DNA of 64,000 nucleotides from Patescibacteria group bacterium (GCA_041671365.1 JBAZBP010000003.1:34017-98016), one strand, 5' to 3'. Positions 34,276 to 43,557 are shown, counted from the stretch's first letter. The notes: generated by a model from the sequence alone, not told the origin. Numbers and translations: made by a program.

Positions 34276-35577
34276 ATGAAAAAACTAGAACTTCTCGCTC
34301 CCGCCGGCAATAAATTAAAAATGAAAACTGCTTTCGCTTACGGTGCGGATGCGGTTTATTTAGGTATTCCGGATTTTTCTTTACGGGTTAGGATTAATGA
34401 TTTTGACTTAGCGGGCGTTAAAGACGCCGTCCAATATGCTCACCAAAATAAAAAAAAGGTTTATGTGACGGTTAATATTTTTGCCCATAATAAACATTTA
34501 AAAAAATTACCGGCTTATTTAAAACAACTCAGGGTTATGAAGGTAGATGCTTTAATTGCGTCTGACCCCGGAATTATTGCTCTGATTAAAAAGGCTTGGC
34601 CAAAAGCAGAAATTCATTTATCCACTCAGGCTAATTGTACTAATCTAGAGGCGGTGAAGTTTTGGGCGAATCAAGGACTAAAGCGTATTATTTTAGGACG
34701 GGAAGTAACCTTGGCTGAAATAAAAGAAATTCATCGGGCCGCACCGAAAGTAGAATTAGAATATTTTGTTCACGGAGCGATGTGTATGGCTTATTCCGGC
34801 CGCTGTTTTTTGTCTAAATTATTCGTGGGCCGCAGCGCTAATCTGGGCGACTGTGCTCAGCCTTGCCGCTGGCCCTATGAGGTTCAGAAATTTAAATTAA
34901 AAACCGGTGAGCACGAAGAAGAATTAGAATTGGTTGAAGAAACGCACGGCACTTATCTTTTAAATTCTAAGGATTTATGTTTAATTAAGTATTTAAAAGA
35001 ACTGGCCGCCGCCGGCATTACCAGTTTTAAGATTGAAGGCCGGGCGAAAAGTGTTTACTATCAGGCCACCGTTGTCGGAGTTTACCGCCGCGCTTTAGAT
35101 TTATTAAATAAAAAATTGCCGGCGGTAAAATTAAAAGCAGAATTAAATTATTTATACTCGGAGCTGGAAACAAAACTAGTGCAGCGCGGCTATACCACGG
35201 GATTTTTATTGGGCGAGAAGGCCGACCAAAATATTATAAATTCTCATAACAAAAGTGAGTGGGAATTTTGCGGCCAAGTTATCGCGCCGCTTCGGAGTTT
35301 AAAAAAAATTAACGTTACGCCCGGCTACCAGTTAATTTATTTTCAAGTTCATAATACTGTTAGAATCAAGGAAGAATTGGAGATTATTCGGCCTGATTAT
35401 GATATAATTAAAATACGCCCCCTAATGTTATGGAATGCCAAGACCGGGGAAAAAATAACCGAAGCGCATGGCGGCGGAGGCGGGCAGATTGGAGTTTTGG
35501 AAGTGCCAGTCACGGTCGGAAAGATTCCGATTTTAACAGTCGTTAGAAGACTTATTTCTAGTCGGAAGCGACAATAA
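34276..35577 (+). CDS. Peptidase U32 family protein
   Basis: MKKLELLAPAGN...AFAYGADAVYLG and the E.FVHGAMCMAYSGRCFLS cysteine-rich motif are U32 (collagenase-like/RlhA-type) hallmarks. Confidence 0.85.
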   Translation: MKKLELLAPAGNKLKMKTAFAYGADAVYLGIPDFSLRVRINDFDLAGVKDAVQYAHQNKKKVYVTVNIFAHNKHLKKLPAYLKQLRVMKVDALIASDPGIIALIKKAWPKAEIHLSTQANCTNLEAVKFWANQGLKRIILGREVTLAEIKEIHRAAPKVELEYFVHGAMCMAYSGRCFLSKLFVGRSANLGDCAQPCRWPYEVQKFKLKTGEHEEELELVEETHGTYLLNSKDLCLIKYLKELAAAGITSFKIEGRAKSVYYQATVVGVYRRALDLLNKKLPAVKLKAELNYLYSELETKLVQRGYTTGFLLGEKADQNIINSHNKSEWEFCGQVIAPLRSLKKINVTPGYQLIYFQVHNTVRIKEELEIIRPDYDIIKIRPLMLWNAKTGEKITEAHGGGGGQIGVLEVPVTVGKIPILTVVRRLISSRKRQ

Positions 35578-35674
35578 TATTTCTTCGCTTCGGTCATTTC
35601 TGTGGCAAAAATTAGCTGAAGCTAATTTTTACTCTACGAAATGACAGGCGCTCAGAAACATCATTGTCGCTTCC
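35564..35674 (-). repeat. Hairpin element copy B (111 nt), with the conserved core on the minus strand
   Basis: The reverse complement reads GAGCGCCTGTCATTTCGTAGAGTAAAAATTAGC TTCA GCTAATTTTTGCCACAGAAATGACCGAAGCGAAGAAA. The basal helix is GGAAGCGACAAT / ATTGTCGCTTCC, and its 5' arm is the last codons plus the stop of the U32 gene. Confidence 0.6.
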
Positions 35675-35704
35675 TCCTTTTCATAATTAATTAGCAGTCG
35701 CAAT

Positions 35705-36283
35705 ATGATTTCATTTCTACGCGGACGAGTAATCAACAAAGGACTTAATTATGCAATCATTGAAACCGGCAATATCGGTTACCAAGTTTTTGCCGGTGAA
35801 AATTTTTTGAATGATCTAAAAATCGATAATGAAGTAGAAATTTATACTCATCATCAGGTTCGAGAAGAAGCCAGCGATTTATACGGTTTTAAAACTTTAG
35901 AAGATTTAGAATTATTTGAATTATTATTAACCGTTTCCGGCGTCGGACCAAAATCGGCTTTAGGCGTTTTAACCATAGCTTCGGCCAGCGATATTAAAGA
36001 GGCGATTATTCGCGGTGACGCTAATTTACTGACTAAAGTATCCGGTATCGGTAAAAAAACGGCGGAACGTTTAGTTTTGGAATTAAAAACCAAAATTTTA
36101 CGCTTTAGTTCGACCGCGACAACCGACAACTCTTCCTTGGTCGGCAGCGATGAAATTGAAGCCTTAATGTCTTTAGGCTATTCTTTTTCTGAGGCGCGGT
36201 CCGCCTTAAATTTAGTTGATTCGGCGATTATTGATAGCGGCGAGCGGGTTAAGGCGGCACTGCGGAAAATAGCCAAAAAATAG
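35705..36283 (+). CDS. ruvA: Holliday junction DNA helicase subunit RuvA
   Basis: MISFLRGRV...GYQVF (OB domain), LLTVSGVGPKSAL and KVSGIGKKTAERL (two HhH motifs), and a C-terminal domain III. Confidence 0.9.
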   Translation: MISFLRGRVINKGLNYAIIETGNIGYQVFAGENFLNDLKIDNEVEIYTHHQVREEASDLYGFKTLEDLELFELLLTVSGVGPKSALGVLTIASASDIKEAIIRGDANLLTKVSGIGKKTAERLVLELKTKILRFSSTATTDNSSLVGSDEIEALMSLGYSFSEARSALNLVDSAIIDSGERVKAALRKIAKK

Positions 36284-36290
36284 AAACTAT

Positions 36291-37142
36291 ATGAAAAGTT
36301 TTGAACATTATAAAAAACAAATTAATCGGGTTACGGAAAGTGCTCTAGGCGGAGAAGCCGTTAAAGATGTTGATGTTCGTGAATATCTAAGTACATTTTT
36401 TCGTCGAGGTGAATCTAAACTTGATCGGGCGATAGCCTTTTTAAGTCTAGTTCGATCATTAGCGCCTTGCGACTTAAGATATAACTACCGGACAGAACAT
36501 TTGCCGATTAGTCCGGAAAGCTACGAATTTAAGGGCGGGACAATCGGCCGAGGCGGCGAAAATGATGTCTATCTGTTGGAAGCTAGAAAGGAGAATCTTT
36601 CTTCTTGGGTATTAAAAATAAATCATGTAGACAAAGGCGACACGACGCAACTCGTAGCGCGAGCCAAAGAAATAAAAAATGATTATGAACAAATAAAAAA
36701 TTGGTTTCAAGATATGCCTGGACTGATACCCGAAGAATGCACGGTAATTATGGAAGATCCGCGCGACCGCCAACCGGCTATTATCACGTTGCAGCAATAT
36801 TATGGCCGAGAAATTAGAGACGTATTTAAAGATATTGATTTAGAAAATAGAGAAAAAATCTTTCAAGATAGTCCGGAATTTAAGGAAGAAATTCAAAAAT
36901 TCCTTAAGATTAATGAAGACAAATTGCAAGAGACGGGGAATATGATTGATTTGATTGGAGCTAAAAATCTATCTTTTGTTAAAGTCGACGATCAAGACAA
37001 GTTGCTAGTCCTCGATCCTCATCTAATCAGTAACCCTTTTAGATCTGAGGATAGTACAAAAAAGAAACAGCGAGAGCGCTTAGATTATTTACATACCCTA
37101 GTTGACGGCGTGGCCGTTAAAGAGAAAGAGATTTTTGTTTAA
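36291..37142 (+). CDS. Hypothetical protein, possibly an atypical protein-kinase-like fold
   Basis: GGTIGRGGENDVY (a Gly-rich loop-like segment), VLKI (a candidate VAIK-type Lys), IDLIGAKNL (a catalytic-loop-like D..N) and VLDPH. This is weak, motif-level evidence only. Confidence 0.3.
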   Translation: MKSFEHYKKQINRVTESALGGEAVKDVDVREYLSTFFRRGESKLDRAIAFLSLVRSLAPCDLRYNYRTEHLPISPESYEFKGGTIGRGGENDVYLLEARKENLSSWVLKINHVDKGDTTQLVARAKEIKNDYEQIKNWFQDMPGLIPEECTVIMEDPRDRQPAIITLQQYYGREIRDVFKDIDLENREKIFQDSPEFKEEIQKFLKINEDKLQETGNMIDLIGAKNLSFVKVDDQDKLLVLDPHLISNPFRSEDSTKKKQRERLDYLHTLVDGVAVKEKEIFV

Positions 37143-37149
37143 AAATTTC

Positions 37150-38343
37150 ATGACCATTACTGAGTTAAATTTTTTAAAATCGGCGGCGGGCAAATCATTA
37201 TTGGAGCGGTACGGCGATTATGACGAGGCCGCTCTATTTCGTTTGCTTTTAAAATCTAATAAAAAAGAAAAGATTTTATTTTTAGCCGCTATAGTAACTC
37301 TTATTAAATTAAGGCGAAAAGCGACGGAAAAATTTAGTCGGAGTTCCGAAATGTTTTTTACTACTTTAGGGCTGGAGCAGTCTACCGGTGAAAAAATTGC
37401 CCGTTATATTTCTTCGCGGTTTAGAACTTATTGGAAAGTAGTCGACTTAAGTAGTGGTATTGGCGGGAACTTAATTTTTTTAGCCGAGCATTGTCGACAG
37501 GTTACCGCCGTTGATAAAAATGAGACTAATTTGACTTGTGCGCAGTATAATTGCGAGGTCTATGGAGTAGGAGAAAAAATAAAATTTATCAACGGTGAAG
37601 CTCAAAAAAATATTAATTCTGACGCTGATGCTTTTTTTCTGGATCCGGCGCGTGATCGGGAGGGGAAGAGTAAGACCCGTTCTATTTTAAATTCTCAACC
37701 GCCGCTTTTAGAAATTTTATCGCAGATTTTTTTAGTGACCCGAAACGTCGGAGTAAAAATTTCTCCTGCCTTTGATTATCAAGAATTGGAATTATTGCCG
37801 GATAAGCCGGAAGTGGAAATTATTTCTGAAGATAATACTAATAAGGTAGCGATGCTGTGGTTCGGCGATTTAAAAATCGCCGCGCGACGGGCGACTATTT
37901 TAAGCGGTGACAGTTTATATAGCTATAACGATCAAGAGCAAAACAATCCGGATTTTAGCTCAACCCCCTTGGCCTATTTATATGAACCGAATAAAGCGAT
38001 TATTAAAGCGCATTTAATTGACGAATTAGCGGTCGAGTATGGCTTAGCTAAAATTAATTCGCAATTATCTCTGTTAACCGGTGACCGGATTGTCGGCAGC
38101 GATCGACCGGGTTTATGGCGTATTTTTAAAGTGTTAGTCTGTGAGCCGTTTTCTTGGGCGAAACTCCAAAATTTTTTACAAAATCGTCAGATTGAACGGA
38201 TTAATATATTAACTAAAAGATTTCCGCTCAAACCGGAAGAATTGTATAAAAAATTAAAAATTAAAGAAGGTGGGAATCTGTTTTTGATTTTAACGGTTCT
38301 GAGTGACGAAAAAAGATATTATGTTCTAGCGGAAAAGGCTTAA
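37150..38343 (+). CDS. Class I SAM-dependent methyltransferase with C-terminal THUMP-like region (RNA cap guanine-N2 MTase-like core)
   Basis: I prefer the ATG at 37150 (MTITEL), 8 nt after the upstream stop, because the track start 37102 overlaps the previous gene. VVDLSSGIGGNLIFLA (motif I), VTAVDKN (motif II) and FFLDPAR (motif IV) are present. Confidence 0.55.
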   Translation: MTITELNFLKSAAGKSLLERYGDYDEAALFRLLLKSNKKEKILFLAAIVTLIKLRRKATEKFSRSSEMFFTTLGLEQSTGEKIARYISSRFRTYWKVVDLSSGIGGNLIFLAEHCRQVTAVDKNETNLTCAQYNCEVYGVGEKIKFINGEAQKNINSDADAFFLDPARDREGKSKTRSILNSQPPLLEILSQIFLVTRNVGVKISPAFDYQELELLPDKPEVEIISEDNTNKVAMLWFGDLKIAARRATILSGDSLYSYNDQEQNNPDFSSTPLAYLYEPNKAIIKAHLIDELAVEYGLAKINSQLSLLTGDRIVGSDRPGLWRIFKVLVCEPFSWAKLQNFLQNRQIERINILTKRFPLKPEELYKKLKIKEGGNLFLILTVLSDEKRYYVLAEKA

Positions 38344-38420
38344 GTTATAATTTTTCTCCGGCTTTACAAGCCCCGATTTTTTGGGTAAGATGAAGATAAA
38401 TTAATCACTTTTAATATTTT

Positions 38421-39647
38421 ATGCGTCAATCCCAACTTTTTACCAGAACCGTCAAAGAATTGCCGAAAGACGAAACTAGTTATAACGCTCAAGCCCTAAT
38501 TCGAGCCGGTTTTGTCGATAAGGTCGCTGCGGGAATATATTCATATTTACCGCTAGGATTAAAGGTGTTTAATAAGATTGTTGGAATTATTCGTGAAGAA
38601 ATGGATGCAATCGGCGGTCAAGAAATTTTGATGCCCGCTTTGATACCGAAAGAAAATTGGGTCACGACTAATCGTTGGGATAACTTTGACGCTCTCTTTA
38701 GATTAGTGGCAACGGACAAAAAAGAATACGCTTTAGGAGCGACGCATGAAGAAGTAGTCACGCCGCTGGCCAAGAAATTTATTTTTTCCTATCGAGAATT
38801 GCCTTTGGCTGTTTATCAAATCCAAACTAAATTTCGTAACGAAAAAAGAGCTAAGGCCGGTTTAATGCGCGGTCGGGAATTTTCGATGAAGGATTTATAT
38901 TCTTTTCATGCTAATCAAATTGATTTGGATCGTTATTATGAAATGGTGAAAGAAGCTTATTTTAAAATTTATACGCGTCTAGGTTTAGGCGATCAAACTT
39001 ATTTTACTTATGCCTCCGGCGGCGCTTTTTCTAAATATTCTCACGAATTTCAGACTATAACCGCGACGGGCGAAGATAACGTTTTTATTTGTGACAAATG
39101 TCGCGTGGCTGTTAATCGTGAAATTATAAAAGAACAACCGTTTTGTCCGGTTTGCGGCTTAAAAGAGTTACGCGAAGCTAAAGCGGTGGAAGTGGGCAAT
39201 ATTTTTAAGTTAGGTGATAAGTTCTCAGCTCCCTTTGATTTATGCTATAAAGATCAAGAAGGAATAGATCGTTCGGTGGTGATGGGTTGTTATGGAATTG
39301 GCCCGAGCAGAATTCTAGGAACAATTGTCGAGGTTTGTCATGACGAGAAAGGAATTATTTGGCCGGAAAACATCGCGCCGTTTAAAGTTCATCTGTTGTC
39401 GTTAAAAGAAGATGAAGCCGCCGACAAGATTTATCAGGAGTTGATCAAAAATAAAATTGAAGTACTTTATGATGATCGCGATTTGTCGGCCGGTGAAAAA
39501 TTTGCGGACGCCGATTTGATTGGTTGTCCGTACCGAGTAATTATTAGTCGTAAAACTTTAGCCGCCGATAGCGTCGAATTAAAAAAACGGTCACTGGCCA
39601 CCAGTGAATTAATTAAAATTGATAATCTGATTTCTAAATTACAATAA
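38421..39647 (+). CDS. proS: Prolyl-tRNA synthetase, bacterial type lacking the INS editing domain
   Basis: MRQSQLF..., the class II motifs (FRNEKRAKAGLMRGREFSMKD, GCYGIGPSR) and the anticodon-binding C-terminus. It is only 408 aa, and a CxxC...CxxC element occupies the INS position. Confidence 0.9.
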   Translation: MRQSQLFTRTVKELPKDETSYNAQALIRAGFVDKVAAGIYSYLPLGLKVFNKIVGIIREEMDAIGGQEILMPALIPKENWVTTNRWDNFDALFRLVATDKKEYALGATHEEVVTPLAKKFIFSYRELPLAVYQIQTKFRNEKRAKAGLMRGREFSMKDLYSFHANQIDLDRYYEMVKEAYFKIYTRLGLGDQTYFTYASGGAFSKYSHEFQTITATGEDNVFICDKCRVAVNREIIKEQPFCPVCGLKELREAKAVEVGNIFKLGDKFSAPFDLCYKDQEGIDRSVVMGCYGIGPSRILGTIVEVCHDEKGIIWPENIAPFKVHLLSLKEDEAADKIYQELIKNKIEVLYDDRDLSAGEKFADADLIGCPYRVIISRKTLAADSVELKKRSLATSELIKIDNLISKLQ

Positions 39648-39649
39648 AT

Positions 39650-40690
39650 ATGTTCGCTAATCTCTTAGGAAAATTTAGTCATGATTTAGGTATTGATTTA
39701 GGTACGAAAAATACTCTGGTTTATGTCGCCGATAAGGGGATTGTCATTAATGAACCGAGCGTAGTCGCGATTAATAAACGAACTAATGAAATTTTGGAAG
39801 TCGGAGAGGCGGCTAAAAAAATGGTGGGTAAAACTCCCGGACATATCGAAGCGATTAAACCCCTGGTTGACGGAGTTATTTCTGATTTTGAAATAACGGA
39901 AAAAATGTTGAAATATTTTATTAATAAAGTCCATAGCGAAAATTTTACTCTTATTTCTCGGCCGCGAGTAGTTATCGGTATTCCTTTGGATCTGACAGAA
40001 GTAGAAAAAAAAGCGGTTGAAGACGCGGCTAAGTCCGCCGGCGCCCGCAGTGTTTACTTAATAGATGAGGCCATGGCGGCGGCTATCGGCGCGCGTTTGC
40101 CGGTGACGGAAGCAACCGCTACTATGATAGTTGATATAGGCGGCGGTACGACCGAGATTGCGGTTATTTCTTTGGGCGGAGTGGTAACCTGGAAATCATT
40201 AAAAGCCGCCGGTAATGAATTTGATAATAATATTATCGAATATGTTCGAGAAGAGTTTAATATTTTAATCGGTGAACAGCTGGCAGAAAGTATTAAAATA
40301 GCGATTGGTTCCGCCGTGCCGCTAGATGCGCCGCAAGAAATTGAAGTGCGCGGGCGCGACTTATTAACCGGTCTGCCCAAAGCCTTATTGGCTAGCGATA
40401 AACAGATTAGAGAAGCGCTGAGCCGAACGGTTACCAGGATTATTGATAACATCAAAACAATTTTAGAAACCACGCCGCCGGAGCTGGTTTCCGATATTTA
40501 TGAACGCGGTCTATTTTTATCGGGGGGCGGCGCCTTGTTGCGCGGACTGGATAAAGCGATTTCGGCCGCCACTAAGATTCCCGTTAAAATAGTGGACGAT
40601 CCTTTAACTTGTGTCGCTCGGGGGACAGGAATTTTATTGGACAATAAGGAGTTGCTTGATAAAGTAATGATGCCAACCAGACAGAATTAA
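39650..40690 (+). CDS. mreB: Rod shape-determining actin homologue MreB
   Basis: LGIDLGTKNTLVY, EPSVVAI and DIGGGTTEIAVISLGG. It is followed by mreC and mreD. Confidence 0.93.
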   Translation: MFANLLGKFSHDLGIDLGTKNTLVYVADKGIVINEPSVVAINKRTNEILEVGEAAKKMVGKTPGHIEAIKPLVDGVISDFEITEKMLKYFINKVHSENFTLISRPRVVIGIPLDLTEVEKKAVEDAAKSAGARSVYLIDEAMAAAIGARLPVTEATATMIVDIGGGTTEIAVISLGGVVTWKSLKAAGNEFDNNIIEYVREEFNILIGEQLAESIKIAIGSAVPLDAPQEIEVRGRDLLTGLPKALLASDKQIREALSRTVTRIIDNIKTILETTPPELVSDIYERGLFLSGGGALLRGLDKAISAATKIPVKIVDDPLTCVARGTGILLDNKELLDKVMMPTRQN

Positions 40691-40717
40691 ATTTAGACCG
40701 AAATCTAGGGGATTAGT

Positions 40718-41521
40718 ATGGTGAAAATTAAGACCAATAGCCCGATAGTTATTTTTTTAGTAGTGGCCATTCTACTAATTTTTTTACATGCTGTCGGTCT
40801 TTTGTCTCCCTTAGAAAATTTTTTGTCGACTTTAACTAAACCGCTAAGCGTTCATTTGTACGGCTGGAGTTCGTCCCTGAACAGTTCCTATAACGCTAAT
40901 CAGGATGTCGAAGCTTTACAAGGGCAGATTAATCGGTTGACTAAAGAAGTTTCCGCCTTAACGGTAGCCAATTCCGGTTATTTAGAGACAGCGGCCGAGA
41001 ACCAAAAGTTACGCTCCACTTTAAAATTTTTAAGTGTCAATAATTTTCAAGCCGTTGTTGCCGGAATAATCGCCAAACAATCCCCGGCTGACGATACCGG
41101 AGATCTAATTATTAATCGCGGTCGTCTTGACGGTTTACGCCCCGGACTGGGGGTTGTTAGTGAAGAGGGAGTTATTATTGGAAAAGTTATCAGTGTTAAA
41201 GATACTAGCGCCACGGTTTGTCTTACCACCAACTCTAACTGTCAGTTACCGGCGACAATTCAAAACGAACTTAAAACCCAGGGGATTACTGTCGGTGATT
41301 TGGGTTTAACCATTAAGATGAGTTATATTCCCCAGGGCGAAAAAATTTCAATCGGCGATATGATTATAACCTCCGGTTTGGGCGGAAATATTCCTCGAGG
41401 GTTGTTAATCGGAAAAGTAGCTCAAGTTTATAATGCCAGCAACGAAGTTTGGCAGTCGGCGACGATTGAGCCTTTATTAAATTTTGATAATTTAACAATC
41501 GTTTCGGTTATTATTCCTTAG
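40718..41521 (+). CDS. mreC: Rod shape-determining protein MreC
   Basis: An N-terminal TM helix, a coiled-coil (LQGQINRLTKEVSAL...ENQKLR) and beta-rich domains with ITSGLGGNIPRGLLIGKV. Confidence 0.85.
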   Translation: MVKIKTNSPIVIFLVVAILLIFLHAVGLLSPLENFLSTLTKPLSVHLYGWSSSLNSSYNANQDVEALQGQINRLTKEVSALTVANSGYLETAAENQKLRSTLKFLSVNNFQAVVAGIIAKQSPADDTGDLIINRGRLDGLRPGLGVVSEEGVIIGKVISVKDTSATVCLTTNSNCQLPATIQNELKTQGITVGDLGLTIKMSYIPQGEKISIGDMIITSGLGGNIPRGLLIGKVAQVYNASNEVWQSATIEPLLNFDNLTIVSVIIP

Positions 41522-41575
41522 CGGACTTATGTTTAAAAAATCAGGACAAATTATTTTTTTACTTTTTTACTCTCG

Positions 41576-42061
41576 TTGGCGGCTATAATTCAATTTTCCG
41601 CCATTTACGCTCTGCCTTCTTTTTTTCGAGATATTAATTTACTTTTGATTATATTAGTTTTTACGCTATTTTTTTATGACTTTCGATCTGCCCTCGGCGT
41701 AGCGATCATTGGCGGTTTTTGCTTGGATGTTTTATCTTTTAATTTTTTTGGTTTTTATTTAATTAGTTTTTTTTTAACTTTAATTTTTACCGAGTGGATT
41801 TTAAAAAGTTGGTTAACTAATCGTTCTTTGTATTCTTTTTGGCTTTTAATTTTATTGGCCACCTTGGCTAATAATATTATCGTGAGATTTTTTTCTTATT
41901 TTTCGGCCGATGGTCAAATAACTTTTTTTATGTTTCGCCGGTCTTTCTGGTTAATTCTTGCCGGCCAAATAGCTTGGAGCGAAATTTTTGCCTTGTTGAT
42001 GTTTAGCGCGGCCAGCGCGGTCACCCGACGTTTTCAGCCATTTTTTTTGGAAAAGAAATAA
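41576..42061 (+). CDS. mreD: Rod shape-determining protein MreD (start uncertain)
   Basis: A small polytopic membrane protein directly after mreC. The track start is TTG 41576. See the finding on the upstream ATG 41529 and the T7 run. Confidence 0.6.
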   Translation: MAAIIQFSAIYALPSFFRDINLLLIILVFTLFFYDFRSALGVAIIGGFCLDVLSFNFFGFYLISFFLTLIFTEWILKSWLTNRSLYSFWLLILLATLANNIIVRFFSYFSADGQITFFMFRRSFWLILAGQIAWSEIFALLMFSAASAVTRRFQPFFLEKK

Positions 42062-42081
42062 TTTTATGTTATTATAAACGT

Positions 42082-43065
42082 ATGATTTATGATTTTATTA
42101 CTATCGGCGGAACAACACGCGACATCTCATTTTTTACCGATCAGGGAGTTTTGATTAATAATTATCGAGATATATTGCGTCAAAAAGTATTGGCCTTTGA
42201 ATCCGGGGCTAAGATTAAAGTTGATAAATTTTATTATTCCTATGGCGGCGGCGCCGCCAATACTGCTGTCTGTCTGGCAAATTTAGGTTTTAAAACTGCT
42301 TGTTTGACGTCGGTCGGCAACGATGAGGACGGACAGTTGATTGTGAAAAATTTGCGCAAGCGGCAAGTGTCTACTCGTTTAATCCAAAGAATTAAAGACG
42401 CCGACAGCGGAGCTTCTTTTATTTTAATTTCTCCAACCGGTGAAAGAATTATCTTTGCGCAACGCGGCGCCAACAATAAACTGCACATTAACGCTAATCA
42501 ATTGGCGGTTCTTCGTCGAACTAGGAATATTTATATTGCTTCTTTAGCCGGTAATTGGGCGGGAGAGCTTAAAAAAATTTTTTCGCTGGTCGGAGCGAGC
42601 GGTCCGCGAATTTTTTGGAACCCGGGCATGACTCAATATTTGCAGGGAGTGAAAAAAATTGCCCCATATCTTAAAAAAGTTAGTGTTTTGGCTTCTAATA
42701 AAGACGAAGCGATAGAACTGGTTATGACTTCGTCTTCACATAGACATTTGGGACATAAATTTTTGAATAACCCAGAAAATTTAATTAAAATTATGCATAG
42801 CTTCGGTCCGCAGGTTGTAGTGATTACTTTGGGCTCCGCCGGCGTAATCGCTTATGATGGTCAAAAAATTTACCATCGGGCGATTATTAATGGGCGGAAA
42901 CCGGTGGATACTACCGGCGTCGGTGATATTTTTAATTCTTCTTTTGCGGCTGGAATGGTTTTATTTACCAATGATATTAATAAATCATTAGAACTTGGCC
43001 TCCTTAATACCGCGGCCAAAGTCGCCCATATTGGCGCCCAAAACGGTTTGATGAAGTATCGTTAA
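42082..43065 (+). CDS. PfkB-family carbohydrate kinase (ribokinase-like)
   Basis: GGGAANTAVCLANLG near the N-terminus and DTTGVGDIFNSSFAAG (the PfkB signature 2 region) near the C-terminus. Confidence 0.8.
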   Translation: MIYDFITIGGTTRDISFFTDQGVLINNYRDILRQKVLAFESGAKIKVDKFYYSYGGGAANTAVCLANLGFKTACLTSVGNDEDGQLIVKNLRKRQVSTRLIQRIKDADSGASFILISPTGERIIFAQRGANNKLHINANQLAVLRRTRNIYIASLAGNWAGELKKIFSLVGASGPRIFWNPGMTQYLQGVKKIAPYLKKVSVLASNKDEAIELVMTSSSHRHLGHKFLNNPENLIKIMHSFGPQVVVITLGSAGVIAYDGQKIYHRAIINGRKPVDTTGVGDIFNSSFAAGMVLFTNDINKSLELGLLNTAAKVAHIGAQNGLMKYR

Positions 43066-43104
43066 TAGTTTGATAAATCCACTAATAAATTTAAATAGTA
43101 TTTT

Positions 43105-43557
43105 ATGCTTCAAGACGTGATTATCAAAAAAATTGATAAATATACAGACGAACGCGGTTGGTTAATGGAAATCTTTCGTCGCGATGAATTAAATTTTACG
43201 CCGGCCATGTCTTATGTTAGTCTGACTAATCCGGGCGTAACTCGTGGACCGCACGAACATAAGACACAGAGCGATTGTTTTGTCTTTTTAGGTCCGGGCA
43301 GTTTTCGTCTCTTTCTTTGGGATCGTCGTAAAGACTCAACTACTGTCGGCGAGTCGATAGAAATAGAAGTTGGGGAAAATAATCCGAGTTTAGTGATTGT
43401 TCCGCCGGGAGTGGTCCATGGTTATAAATGTATTTCCGATGTTCCGGCTTTGAGTATTAATTTACCGGATAAATTATATAAGGGCGAGGGGAAGAAAGAA
43501 GAAATAGATGAAATTAGGTGGGAAAAGGATCCGGAGTCGCCATATAAGATAAGTTAA
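43105..43557 (+). CDS. dTDP-4-dehydrorhamnose 3,5-epimerase-like cupin (RmlC family, short form)
   Basis: DERGWLMEIFR...RGPHEH...VPPGVVHGY matches the RmlC/cupin catalytic strand pattern. At 150 aa it is shorter than canonical RmlC. Confidence 0.65.
   Translation: MLQDVIIKKIDKYTDERGWLMEIFRRDELNFTPAMSYVSLTNPGVTRGPHEHKTQSDCFVFLGPGSFRLFLWDRRKDSTTVGESIEIEVGENNPSLVIVPPGVVHGYKCISDVPALSINLPDKLYKGEGKKEEIDEIRWEKDPESPYKIS

Noticed and set aside
35564-35674. The hairpin elements as a hammerhead or other known self-cleaving ribozyme, or as integron attC sites.
   Set aside because: CTGAAGC in the loop of copy B does not complete the CUGAnGA core, and there is no correctly placed stem II/GAAA arrangement. 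The basal arms do not share RYYYAAC/GTTRRRY core sites, and no integrase is present.
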